Position numbers and translations under genes: made by a program | Notes under the pieces: model-generated | Database searches by the model: none | Told to the model about the DNA's origin: nothing | Seen by the model: only the letters and a program-made list of their open reading frames with translations | Shown here: piece after piece, positions 8,056-16,614 of the stretch | Layout: every line of letters starts with the position of its first letter | Numbering within the stretch: position 1 is the first letter of the stretch | Source of the DNA: Bdellovibrionota bacterium | GTDB lineage: Bacteria; Bdellovibrionota_C; UBA2361 | Assembly: GCA_044352465.1 (NCBI GenBank) | Contig: JBILDU010000070.1 | Span: forward strand, 1-16,614 | DNA length: 16,614 nt | Direction of reading: 5' to 3'

Positions 8056-9576
8056 CTAGTGAAAACGGAGCTCACTCTTATTCGGTGGCCACACATTGGG
8101 CACTTTGCCGCGCCAGTTCATACAACAGGTAAAGCGCGTCCACATAATCACCACGTTCCAAGGATCCTTACCCTTCTTCGAATTGGCAAGCTTGTTTTCG
8201 TCGAGCTTCCACTTCTCGATCCCGCCGCACCCTTTGGGCATCCGATCGTTACGGGTCCATTGGAACTTGTCACCTTTCTCCGGTTTGTAGGTGTACATAC
8301 TCCCCGACATTAACTTCTCCGCCACCCGAATCGCTTTCATCGTCCCTACCCGCGAAGCATCGGTGAAGTGGACCGACTGAGCGGTGTTCGTGACCGGGAG
8401 CCACGCACCGGCATTCGTGCCCTGGCAGCCCCCCTCGCCGGGAAAACTTAATCCCCCCGGAAGTGGGAACGCGAGCGGAAAGGCCATATCCTTGGGGGTC
8501 TTGCCGGTGCGCACGTTCTTCATCGTGCACACCTGCGGCAGGAACGTCATCGGCACCATCAGGGATGGCCACAAGATCATACTCAGCCCGCTAAACCGCG
8601 CCGGCAGCATCATGAACGGCCAGTCGCTAAACCACCACGGTTGGCGAATGTGGTGACACCACGGGCTTGCTGAGCCCACCGTCGTGTTAAAGAACTCCGG
8701 CATCAGATGGTATTCAACGTGGCGATACCCCGGCGCGCTCGTCATCGCCGTGGTCCACCGCGCGTTACTATTATATCCACCCAAACGACTCATCCCGAGA
8801 CCGATCCCCGCGCCCCCGTCCGGACTCGGATTCGGATCGCTCGCCACCGAATGGCCGTACATACCGCTGAGCGTCTGCGCCGCCGCCTTCGCCCGGGTCA
8901 CTCCGATCTGGGTCATCGTTGGAGCTATCGCGTACAGCCCCACAGGGAGGTACTCATTCAGCGGAATAATAAACCCGTCGTTGATAAAACGGGGGAAGTA
9001 TCCGCTCTTATAGGGCTGATCGACCGTCTCAATCTTCACCGTTGGAAAGCTGTAGCGGATCAAAAGGGTCACATCAACATCGAAAGGCGGGGTGTAATGG
9101 ATACAGATATTGACGAGCCGAAACTTAAGGCAACTTAAGATCCGTGATACGATCGTCTGGATATCGTGAATATGATTGACGACGAGATCGGAGAGAGCGG
9201 CACCGTGGAAAAACGCCCACCGGTCCCCGCTATTTCCCAGCCGATCGATAATCTCAGGCGCGGCCGCGTTCGGATTGAACTCGCTCTCGAGGGGATCCCC
9301 ACCTCGGGCGAGCTTTTGAATATTCTTTTCGGTTAACCCCCGCCCGGAGGGCTTGGACAGATTGTTCTTCTGCCGCGAGATCTCACCTTGCTGAGCATCG
9401 ATGTGGGGCTGAACGGTATTGAGAATAAAGTCGAGGGTAAAAGGACGCACATCGAGGCCGTTTCCTCCCCCGCCTTGCGCCTCGGCCACGCCGCCGAGCC
9501 CGGCGCACCACCAGCCCACGAGCACGATCAATCGGGCGAACTTCAAAGTTCCTTGCATACGCCTACTTCTCATCAC
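8056..9576 (-). CDS. traU: TraU family exported Cys-rich protein
   Basis: Signal peptide ending GVAEA. Contains CLKFRLVNICIH...LIRYSFPTVKIETVDQPY, WFSDWP, CQGTNAGAWLPVT and VVIMWTRFTCC, which are TraU-type motifs, with 8 Cys in the mature part. The start overlaps the upstream stop (GTGA/TGATG at 9571-9576). Confidence 0.75.
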   Translation of the reverse strand: MMRSRRMQGTLKFARLIVLVGWWCAGLGGVAEAQGGGGNGLDVRPFTLDFILNTVQPHIDAQQGEISRQKNNLSKPSGRGLTEKNIQKLARGGDPLESEFNPNAAAPEIIDRLGNSGDRWAFFHGAALSDLVVNHIHDIQTIVSRILSCLKFRLVNICIHYTPPFDVDVTLLIRYSFPTVKIETVDQPYKSGYFPRFINDGFIIPLNEYLPVGLYAIAPTMTQIGVTRAKAAAQTLSGMYGHSVASDPNPSPDGGAGIGLGMSRLGGYNSNARWTTAMTSAPGYRHVEYHLMPEFFNTTVGSASPWCHHIRQPWWFSDWPFMMLPARFSGLSMILWPSLMVPMTFLPQVCTMKNVRTGKTPKDMAFPLAFPLPGGLSFPGEGGCQGTNAGAWLPVTNTAQSVHFTDASRVGTMKAIRVAEKLMSGSMYTYKPEKGDKFQWTRNDRMPKGCGGIEKWKLDENKLANSKKGKDPWNVVIMWTRFTCCMNWRGKVPNVWPPNKSELRFH

Positions 9577-10352
9577 CTGAAGGTTTGATTAATCAAAGCC
9601 TCCATCTTGGGGTGGACCTTCCCTTTCCCGTGAGGATTCTCATCAAAATTCTTTAAGGCATTGGCCCCCTCATCCCGGTAGACATACGCCTTCGTCGCCC
9701 GCATCCGCGTCGGCAAACAGGTCACGCCAACCCCGACCGCCGAAAAGGCGAGGGCGTTGGGGGTTTCCGCGTCGTAGGGATGAATGATCGTGTCTTTTCC
9801 AAAGACCTCATCGGTATCGAGGGGGAGATCCCTCTTCGCGATGAAGAGCATATCGAATAAAATAGTCTTGTCTCCCTTGGCATCTTTCATCCCGGTCTCT
9901 TCCCGGGTCGTCTTATTCTCGGAGCACTTGGGCAGATCCGGCACGGACTGATGCATCTCCTTAATGCGCTCGACCCCCTGCATGTGCAGATCGATAATCT
10001 CCTGCTCTTGCTCCTTTGTGATGTGCAGCACCGGCGGAATCTCCTCGGGTTTCGGAAAGGGAACACCTTGGGTTGAGCGTAGATGAAGCACTATCGGGCG
10101 AACGGTAGCCGCCTCCTCATCGATCTCACGCTCCCGCTCCTCGATCCCCTGGGGGCCCCGATACTGTGCTTCGATAATCGCCCGGAGGTGCCGGCTATCC
10201 GGCTCAAGCCGAAGTCGCGCCGCGATCTTGCCGATAATCTCAGGGGTCAGGACAAAATTGGGATCGCGCGACGATTGCGCCAACGTGGGTGAGGCACCCC
10301 AAAGAGCCGCTCCGATAATACCAAGGGTGAGGAATAGAAATTGTCCGCGCAC
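9573..10352 (-). CDS. TraW-like exported protein (divergent)
   Basis: Start re-called to the GTG at 10352. It has GAAAGG upstream and gives a clean signal peptide (MRGQFLFLTLGIIGAALWGASPTLA), whereas the 10514 start runs through the terminator. The C-terminal AVGVGVTCLPTRMRA resembles the TraW 'FGI..VP..V' motif. It is translationally coupled to the traU-like gene. Confidence 0.45.
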   Translation of the reverse strand: MRGQFLFLTLGIIGAALWGASPTLAQSSRDPNFVLTPEIIGKIAARLRLEPDSRHLRAIIEAQYRGPQGIEEREREIDEEAATVRPIVLHLRSTQGVPFPKPEEIPPVLHITKEQEQEIIDLHMQGVERIKEMHQSVPDLPKCSENKTTREETGMKDAKGDKTILFDMLFIAKRDLPLDTDEVFGKDTIIHPYDAETPNALAFSAVGVGVTCLPTRMRATKAYVYRDEGANALKNFDENPHGKGKVHPKMEALINQTFR

Positions 10353-10422
10353 GGGGAAAAACCTTTCTTTCTTCTCGCGGTCGACGGGATTGCGCCCGCA
10401 TGCAACACCGCCACCGCTGATT

Positions 10423-10441
10423 AAATGGGTTATGCCCATTT
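10423..10441. promoter_or_regulatory. Palindromic putative operator upstream of the tra-like cluster
   Basis: AAATGGG-TTATG-CCCATTT is a perfect 7-5-7 inverted repeat between the gcv terminator and the traW-like start. Confidence 0.3.
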
Positions 10442-10469
10442 TCTCCCGGGGTGTGTCATATCTATCGGC

Positions 10470-10503
10470 GCAAAAAAGCCCGCCAAAGAGCGGGCTTTTT
10501 TGC
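10470..10503. terminator. Rho-independent terminator of the gcv operon (symmetric, potentially bidirectional)
   Basis: GCAAAAAAGCCCGC-CAAAGA-GCGGGCTTTTTTGC is a perfect 14-bp inverted repeat with a GC stem and a 6-U tail on either strand, about 20 nt after the gcvP stop. Confidence 0.9.
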
Positions 10504-10522
10504 TGCATTTTCAAGAGCTTAC

Positions 10523-13438
10523 CTACTTATAAGCCTCCATCGGCAAGCAGGTGCAGACAAGGTTACGGTCGCCAAAGCTGCTATCGATGCGGCCCACGGT
10601 AGGCCAGAACTTATAGCTGCGGGTAAACTTCGACGGGAACGCCGCCTGCTCACGAGAGTACGGATGAGCCCATTCGCTCGAGATCACCGCGTGCGCTGTG
10701 TGCGGGGCGTTCTTCAGGGGGTTATTCACCCGATCCATCACCCCCTCCTCTATCCCCTTCGCCTCGTGCCAAATCGCGATCATCGCCTCACAAAATCGAT
10801 CGAGCTCCGCGAGCGATTCACTCTCGGTCGGCTCCACCATCATGGTACCAGCAACAGGCCACGAGACCGTGGGCGCATGGAAACCGTAGTCCATCAGCCG
10901 CTTCGCCACGTCATCAACCTCGATCCCCGCTGATTTCTTCAACGGCCGAAGGTCGAGGATACACTCATGAGCGCAGAAGCCGTTTTTCCCTCGGTAAACA
11001 ACCGGGTAATACTTCTCGAGCTTCGCCGCGATATAGTTCGCATTCACAATCGCCATCTCGGAAGCCTCCCGGAGCCCCGCGGCTCCCATCATCGCGATAT
11101 ACATCCACGAGATGGTGAGAATGCTCGCACTTCCCCACGGGGCGGCGGATATCGGACCGACACCATGAGCATGCCCGAGGTTCACCAAAGGATGGTTGGG
11201 CAAGAACGGCACCAAATGGGCCCGCGCGGCGATCGGCCCCATTCCCGGTCCACCACCGCCGTGCGGGATGCAGAAGGTTTTGTGGAGGTTAATATGACAG
11301 ACGTCCGCCCCGATATCGTTCGGCCGTACTACCCCCACCAAGGCGTTCAAATTGGCTCCATCCATATAGACCTGCCCACCCTGCGCGTGAATCGCATCGC
11401 AGATCTCGCGGATTAACTCTTCAAACACCCCGTGGGTTGAGGGATAGGTCACCATGAGCGCGGCAAGGTTAGCCTTATGCTCCAGCGCCTTCGCCTTGAC
11501 ATCAGCCACAGCGATATTGCCGTGTTCGTCACACTCAACCGGAACAACCTTGAGGCCAGCCATCACCGCACTCGCCGGATTCGTTCCGTGAGCTGAACGG
11601 GGGATGAGACAGATATCCCGGTGCGATTCACCTCGACTCGCGTGATACGCTCGGATGACCGCGAGTCCAGCATACTCACCTTGCGAGCCCGCATTCGGCT
11701 GAAGCGATACTCCGGCGAAGCCGGTCACCTCAGCGAGAGCTGATTCGAGTCCACGGAAGAGCTCTTCGTAGCCCCGTCGCTGCTCAGCCGGACAAAAAGG
11801 GTGGAGCCCGTTAAACTCAGGCCAGGTCACCGGAAACATCTCAGTTGCCGCGTTTAACTTCATCGTGCACGAGCCGAGCGGAATCATCGACCCCGTCAGC
11901 GAAAGATCGCGCGACTCAAGCCGCCGCACATACCGCTGGAATTCCGTCTCAGAGTGGTAGCGATTAAAGACCTCGTGGGTCATGTAAGCACTCTGGCGCT
12001 CAAAGAAAGCGGGCCATACCCACCGACCCTGCGGCGCCTCATGGAAAGTCTCAACCGTCTTTCCGGTGAGCACCTCGATCAGATCCTTAAGATCACGCTC
12101 CAAGGTGGTTTCATCGAGCGACACCGCCACGCTTTCACCATCAACCGTGCGCAGGTTCATCCGTTTTTTCGTCGCCCGCTCCTGCACGGTCCGAAGCTCG
12201 CGGCCGAGATGCACATGGAGCGTATCGAAGAACAATCCGTTCTTAACGGTGACACCATCCGCTTCGAGCGCGGCGGCGAGGAGCCGAGTCATCTGATGGA
12301 CTCGCGCAGCGATTCGTCGAATTCCCTTCGGACCGTGGTATACCCCGTACATACTCGCCATAACCGCGAGAAGCACCTGGGCCGTGCAAATATTACTCGT
12401 CGCCCGCTCGCGCCGGATATGTTGCTCGCGGGTTTGGAGCGAGAGCCTGAGGGCGGGCTGCCCGTGACTATCTTTCGAAACACCCACAAGTCGGCCCGGC
12501 ATGAGCCGCTTATGCTCATCCTTCGTCGCAAAGAACGCGGCGTGCGGCCCACCGAACCCCATCGGCACTCCGAACCTTTGGGCGCTTCCCACCACGATAT
12601 CAGCACCGAACTCACCGGGTGGCGTGAGCATCGCGAGGGACAAGATATCAGCCGCCACAACGAAGAGGGCTTTCCCCTTCGCGCACCCCTCGCCGAGAGC
12701 ACGATAGTCCTCAATCGACCCCAAGGTTGTCGGATATTGCACCAACACGCAGAAAACATCGGACGAAAGTGCGCCACCGCTCAACCAGGTGGTATGGTCG
12801 CTGATCACCACGTTGACGTCGAGCATCCGCGCCCGCGTCTCCACGACGCTGATCGTTTGGGGATGACACCCCGAGGAGACAAGTAAGGTGCGTTTCGGAC
12901 CAACCGCGCGTGCCCCTTCCTGTTCGAGTTTCTCACAGACCGCGAGCGCGAGCGCCACCGCTTCCGCTGCTGCCGTGCCCTCATCGAGGAGCGAAGCGTT
13001 TGCAATCGGCAACCCGGTGAGGTCGGTGATCATCGTTTGGAAGTTGAGGCACGCCTCCAGTCGCCCTTGCGATATCTCGGGCTGATACGGGGTGTACTGC
13101 GTGTACCACCCGGGATTTTCCAGGATGTTTCGCTGTATCACCGCCGGAGTAAAGCAGCCGTAGTACCCCATTCCGATAAACGACCGCCAGATCTGGTTCT
13201 TCGATGCGATCGCCTTCAGGTCAGCTAACGCCTGAGGCTCCGTCCGCTCTGCAGCGAAGTCGGTCAGGCTAAAAGTTCCGGGGATACGGATCGATTCAGG
13301 CACCACCTGCGCAATAAGATCGCTCACCGAGGAGACTCCGAGAGCATCGAGCATCGTACGAGTCTCTTCAGCGCTAGGGCCGATATGGCGACGGATAAAG
13401 GAATCGGTTTCGAGCTTAAACGAACGAGGAGTTGTCAT
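10523..13438 (-). CDS. gcvP: Glycine dehydrogenase (decarboxylating), glycine cleavage P protein, single-chain form
   Basis: Contains [58 protein letters not shown] and the PLP-site [18 protein letters not shown]. Start re-called to the ATG at 13438 (MTTPRSF) so that it does not overlap gcvH. Confidence 0.98.
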   Translation of the reverse strand: MTTPRSFKLETDSFIRRHIGPSAEETRTMLDALGVSSVSDLIAQVVPESIRIPGTFSLTDFAAERTEPQALADLKAIASKNQIWRSFIGMGYYGCFTPAVIQRNILENPGWYTQYTPYQPEISQGRLEACLNFQTMITDLTGLPIANASLLDEGTAAAEAVALALAVCEKLEQEGARAVGPKRTLLVSSGCHPQTISVVETRARMLDVNVVISDHTTWLSGGALSSDVFCVLVQYPTTLGSIEDYRALGEGCAKGKALFVVAADILSLAMLTPPGEFGADIVVGSAQRFGVPMGFGGPHAAFFATKDEHKRLMPGRLVGVSKDSHGQPALRLSLQTREQHIRRERATSNICTAQVLLAVMASMYGVYHGPKGIRRIAARVHQMTRLLAAALEADGVTVKNGLFFDTLHVHLGRELRTVQERATKKRMNLRTVDGESVAVSLDETTLERDLKDLIEVLTGKTVETFHEAPQGRWVWPAFFERQSAYMTHEVFNRYHSETEFQRYVRRLESRDLSLTGSMIPLGSCTMKLNAATEMFPVTWPEFNGLHPFCPAEQRRGYEELFRGLESALAEVTGFAGVSLQPNAGSQGEYAGLAVIRAYHASRGESHRDICLIPRSAHGTNPASAVMAGLKVVPVECDEHGNIAVADVKAKALEHKANLAALMVTYPSTHGVFEELIREICDAIHAQGGQVYMDGANLNALVGVVRPNDIGADVCHINLHKTFCIPHGGGGPGMGPIAARAHLVPFLPNHPLVNLGHAHGVGPISAAPWGSASILTISWMYIAMMGAAGLREASEMAIVNANYIAAKLEKYYPVVYRGKNGFCAHECILDLRPLKKSAGIEVDDVAKRLMDYGFHAPTVSWPVAGTMMVEPTESESLAELDRFCEAMIAIWHEAKGIEEGVMDRVNNPLKNAPHTAHAVISSEWAHPYSREQAAFPSKFTRSYKFWPTVGRIDSSFGDRNLVCTCLPMEAYK

Positions 13439-13466
13439 ATGAGCGGCTACAACGAACGAGTAAAAG

Positions 13467-13850
13467 TTATTTCTCTCCGACGTGGGCACGATATTGCTCG
13501 GCCGACATGAGAGTCGCGATATCTTCGGCGGCAAAACCCTCGAGCTTTACCATCCAACCCTCTCCGTACGGATCGGAGTTAAGCAGCTGCGGATTTCCTT
13601 GTAGCGCAGCGTTACCTTCCTTAACCTTACCTGCTATCGGCGCGTACACATCCGAGGCTGCCTTCGTGGACTCAACGACGCAGAGCGAATCTCCCTTCGA
13701 GAAAGAGCGACCCGGCGCGGGGGTCTCAGCGAAAACGATCTCGCCCAGCTCGTGCTGCGCGAACTCAGTGATCCCGATTGTGGCCACACTCCCCTCAACA
13801 CGCACCCACTCGTGATCTTTGGTGTACTTTAACTCGCTCGGAAAGTTCAT
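13467..13850 (-). CDS. gcvH: Glycine cleavage system H protein
   Basis: Contains [32 protein letters not shown], the lipoyl motif [13 protein letters not shown] and [18 protein letters not shown] precedes the ATG at 13850. Confidence 0.98.
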   Translation of the reverse strand: MNFPSELKYTKDHEWVRVEGSVATIGITEFAQHELGEIVFAETPAPGRSFSKGDSLCVVESTKAASDVYAPIAGKVKEGNAALQGNPQLLNSDPYGEGWMVKLEGFAAEDIATLMSAEQYRAHVGEK

Positions 13851-13881
13851 AACCGTTCTCCTTGAATCAAAATCAAAACTC

Positions 13882-14988
13882 TTATTGGGCCCGTTTATAA
13901 AAGGGACGCTTGACGACACGACACTTCAACGAGCGATCCCGCACCACGACGGCGAGGCTCGTGCCCACCTCCGCAAACGCGGCATTAACTAACGCCAGCC
14001 CGATCGCTCGATTCACCGTCGGAGTCTTAGTACCGCTGGTGGTCACCCCGACTTTTACGCCGCTTGCATCCGTGAGCACATCACCTTGGCGAGCGATACC
14101 GGGATCATCAAGCACAAATCCCACGAGCGACCGGGGGCAACCCGCAGTTTTAATCTTTAAAAGCGCCTCTCGCCCGATAAAGTTTCCCTTGTCGAACTTC
14201 ACGATCCAGCCGAGCCCCGATTCCAGCGCCGGGATGTCATCGTTAATCTCGTGGCCATGGAGTGGCAAACACGCCTCCAACCGCAACGAGTCGCGCGCAC
14301 CCAGACCCGCGGGAACAAGCCCGGTTCCCTCACCCGCCACGAGGATGACCTCCCACAGCGCTGTGGATTGACTCCACGGAACGAATATTTCGAATCCATC
14401 CTCCCCGGTGTATCCAGTTCGGGCCACGATGACCGGGATGCCCGCGATCTCCAGCTCCGCGAACGAAAAGTACTGGAGCGCCACCGCCTGCATCCCACCT
14501 GGCAGCCGGTTCATAATCTCAACCGAGCGCGGCCCCTGGAGCGCGATCTGTCCGAACTCACCGCTGCGGTTCGTCACCGCGGCATCGAAGGTGTTATGCT
14601 TTTGAAACCACGCAAAATCTTTGTCGGCATTCGAGGCATTGACGCAGATAAGATAACGCGTCGCCGAGTAGCGATAGACGATGATATCATCCACCACTCC
14701 GCCATCGTCGTTAAGCAACGCGCTGTACTGCGCCCGCCCATCGGCGAGCTTCTTTACATCGTTGCAGGTCAGATAATCGATGAGCTTCTCCGCCTCACGC
14801 CCCTCCACGAAGAGCTCGCCCATATGGCTCACATCAAAGAGCCCGGCGGCGGTCCGCACCGCCGTATGCTCAGCGATAATACTGGAGTACCAGATCGGCA
14901 GCTCCCATCCGGCGAACGGGACGATTCGCCCCCCGAGCTTCGTATGTGCCTCGTAAAGGGGGGTGCGTTTGAGAGCCTCAGTTGCCAT
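13882..14988 (-). CDS. gcvT: Aminomethyltransferase, glycine cleavage T protein
   Basis: Contains LKRTPLY, GLFDVSHMG, ARTGYTGEDGFEI and GLGARDSLRLEA, and is the first gene of the gcvTHP cluster. Confidence 0.98.
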   Translation of the reverse strand: MATEALKRTPLYEAHTKLGGRIVPFAGWELPIWYSSIIAEHTAVRTAAGLFDVSHMGELFVEGREAEKLIDYLTCNDVKKLADGRAQYSALLNDDGGVVDDIIVYRYSATRYLICVNASNADKDFAWFQKHNTFDAAVTNRSGEFGQIALQGPRSVEIMNRLPGGMQAVALQYFSFAELEIAGIPVIVARTGYTGEDGFEIFVPWSQSTALWEVILVAGEGTGLVPAGLGARDSLRLEACLPLHGHEINDDIPALESGLGWIVKFDKGNFIGREALLKIKTAGCPRSLVGFVLDDPGIARQGDVLTDASGVKVGVTTSGTKTPTVNRAIGLALVNAAFAEVGTSLAVVVRDRSLKCRVVKRPFYKRAQ

Positions 14989-15117
14989 CGACTACCTTGT
15001 GAAGACTTAACCGCAGAACGGGGCGCTACCCCCTAGGCCAACCGCCGGTAGTCTTGCAAAGCGAGCTTGAAAATTCAAGGCGGAACGCCGAGTTGGGACC
15101 GTATTTTGCCGCCGAGC

Positions 15118-16014
15118 TCAGTCAGCCGATCGGCGTGCGAGCGCGGCTGCGACGGTGTTTTGTATAAGCATCACCACCGTCATCGGGCCCACCCCTTTCG
15201 GTACCGGGGTTATCGCCGCGGCGCGCACTTTGGCGCTCTCAAAATCAACGTCCCCGGTGAGCTTCCCCGTCTCAAGGCGGTTGATGCCCACATCGATCAC
15301 GATAGCCCCCGGCTTCACCCAGTCTCCCTTGATGAGCCCCGGCACACCCACTGCAGCGACCAGGACATCGGCGCTTCGACATACCCCGGCTAAGTCAGCG
15401 GTTTTGGAGTGGGCGACCGTCACTGTTGCGTTACGGTCGAGCAGCATTAACGCTACCGGCTTTCCAACCAAGATGGACCGACCCACCACCACCGCATGCT
15501 TACCGGCCAGGTCGTGCGGCACCAGCTCGACCGCGTCACTCCCGCCGACGGCGATACCTGAAAGCGCCAGATCAATCAGCGCCATCGCGCCTTGCGGGGT
15601 ACACGGCTTCACGACCCCCTCCCCGCGCATCAAAAGACCTTGATTGACCGGATGAAGGCCGTCGGCATCTTTGCGGGGGTCGATAAGGTTCAGCAGTTCA
15701 TTGGTGCGATCGCGCAGCGCCTTCGGCAGCGGGAGCTGGAGCAGTATCCCATCAACCCGCTCATCGAGGTTAAATCGCTCGATCGCTTCCCGGACCTCTT
15801 CAAAGGTGGCTGTGGCCGCAAGCCGCGCCTCAAAGGTAGCGAGCCCACAACCGGTGGCAAGTTTCTCTTTGTTCGCCACGTAGGTGTGGGATGCCGGGTC
15901 TTCGCCCACCAGGATAACCCCCAGACCGGGAACGAATTGAAGCCCGGCTACATTGCCTCGAATACGCTCCTGGATTCGTTCCGAGAGCCATTTGCCGTCG
16001 AGGATCGTTGTCAT
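15118..16014 (-). CDS. folD: Bifunctional methylenetetrahydrofolate dehydrogenase/cyclohydrolase
   Basis: Contains the YxxxK motif YVANK, GILLQLPLP, KDADGLHP, PCTP, GRSILVGKP, IDVGINR and ITPVPKGVGPMT. Confidence 0.98.
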   Translation of the reverse strand: MTTILDGKWLSERIQERIRGNVAGLQFVPGLGVILVGEDPASHTYVANKEKLATGCGLATFEARLAATATFEEVREAIERFNLDERVDGILLQLPLPKALRDRTNELLNLIDPRKDADGLHPVNQGLLMRGEGVVKPCTPQGAMALIDLALSGIAVGGSDAVELVPHDLAGKHAVVVGRSILVGKPVALMLLDRNATVTVAHSKTADLAGVCRSADVLVAAVGVPGLIKGDWVKPGAIVIDVGINRLETGKLTGDVDFESAKVRAAAITPVPKGVGPMTVVMLIQNTVAAALARRSAD

Positions 16015-16152
16015 CTTATATAGTTACCCGGTATTTTCGAGGCTGGCCGATCACCGCGCATAGCCTTCTAGACCCCGCACTTCGATCTGGATTAGTATCC
16101 GAGCCGGACTGTAATCGTCCCTATGGCGTATGTAAAGAAACTTGGAACCAAT

Positions 16153-16614
16153 ATGATAGTAGGCGTACCCCGCGAACGGAAAACCCTAGAGAAGCGTGTT
16201 GCTCTGACCCCCGATGGCGCTGCGGCGCTGGTGAAACGTGGTCACAAAGTGCTGATCGAGCAGAATGCCGGTGCTGGCTCGTTCTTCGAAGATAAGCTTT
16301 ACACCGACGTCGGCTGCCAGATCGTCCCCACCCTCAAGGATGTGTGGACCAAATCGGACATGGTAGTGAAGGTTAAAGAGCCGCACGAGTCGGAGTACGA
16401 GTTCTTCCGTCCCGGCCTCATCCTTTTCGATTATCTCCACTTAGCCTCGATGCCGGATGTGACCGAAGCGATGTTGAAAGGCGGTGTCACCGGTATCGCC
16501 TACGAGCTCGTACAACTCGCCGATGGACGGCTCCCCCTCCTCGAGCCGATGAGCGAGGTGGCTGGTCGACTGTCCGTCCTCAACGGGGCCAACTATCTCC
16601 TCTCGCAACACAAC
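16153..16614 (+). CDS. ald: Alanine dehydrogenase, N-terminal part (3'-truncated by the window; absent from the ORF track)
   Basis: Translation from the ATG at 16153 gives MIVGVPRERKTLEKRVALTP...VVKVKEP...LFDYLHLA...IAYELVQ..DGRLPLLEPMSEVAGRLSV, the AlaDH signature motifs. The frame is open to the window end. Confidence 0.95.
   Translation, partial: MIVGVPRERKTLEKRVALTPDGAAALVKRGHKVLIEQNAGAGSFFEDKLYTDVGCQIVPTLKDVWTKSDMVVKVKEPHESEYEFFRPGLILFDYLHLASMPDVTEAMLKGGVTGIAYELVQLADGRLPLLEPMSEVAGRLSVLNGANYLLSQHN

Noticed and set aside
10401..10417. Possible sigma-54 promoter (GG-N10-GC with TTGCA) on the minus strand upstream of the traW-like gene
   Set aside because: The -24 half (CGGTGG) matches TGGCAC poorly, and the pattern is common in GC-rich DNA.
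10353..10514. N-terminal 54 codons of the 313-aa ORF
   Set aside because: They run through the terminator and bury the signal peptide. The GTG at 10352 has an RBS and is the better start.
657..10520. Calling the tra-like block an ICE or integrated plasmid
   Set aside because: No integrase, relaxase, oriT, att repeats, tRNA or obvious compositional shift is visible in the window.
11954..12886. Long plus-strand ORFs antisense to gcvP and gcvT (310 aa, 261 aa) and many similar short ORFs across the window
   Set aside because: These are shadow ORFs expected in GC-rich coding DNA. They overlap well-supported genes and have no recognisable motifs.
13439..13534. Extended gcvP start, and likewise the extended gcvH start at 13919
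   Set aside because: They overlap the neighbouring genes. Recognisable family sequence begins at 13438 and 13850.
15515..15570. Short insertion in FolD (LSGIAVGGSDAVELVPH) before the Rossmann strand
   Set aside because: It is likely a variable surface loop, and all catalytic motifs are intact.

Overview
This is a GC-rich bacterial chromosomal segment. The right half is housekeeping glycine/one-carbon metabolism: folD then gcvT-gcvH-gcvP on the minus strand, ending in a perfect 14-bp hairpin terminator, with a divergent alanine dehydrogenase gene (ald) truncated at the window end. The left edge holds the 3' part of a TonB-C-domain protein gene. Between them (912-10352, minus strand) are six genes for exported or membrane proteins. 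By motif and gene order they read as a very divergent copy of the F-type T4SS-specific module: traW-traU-trbC-[no traN]-traF-traH-traG. The window contains no core T4SS genes, relaxase, coupling protein, integrase, tRNA/att site or entry-exclusion gene. The module looks like a chromosomally domesticated, possibly repurposed, F-type pilus/contact apparatus. A Fur-box-like site lies in front of the traF-traH-traG segment. All family assignments come from by-eye motif recognition and synteny, not database searches.
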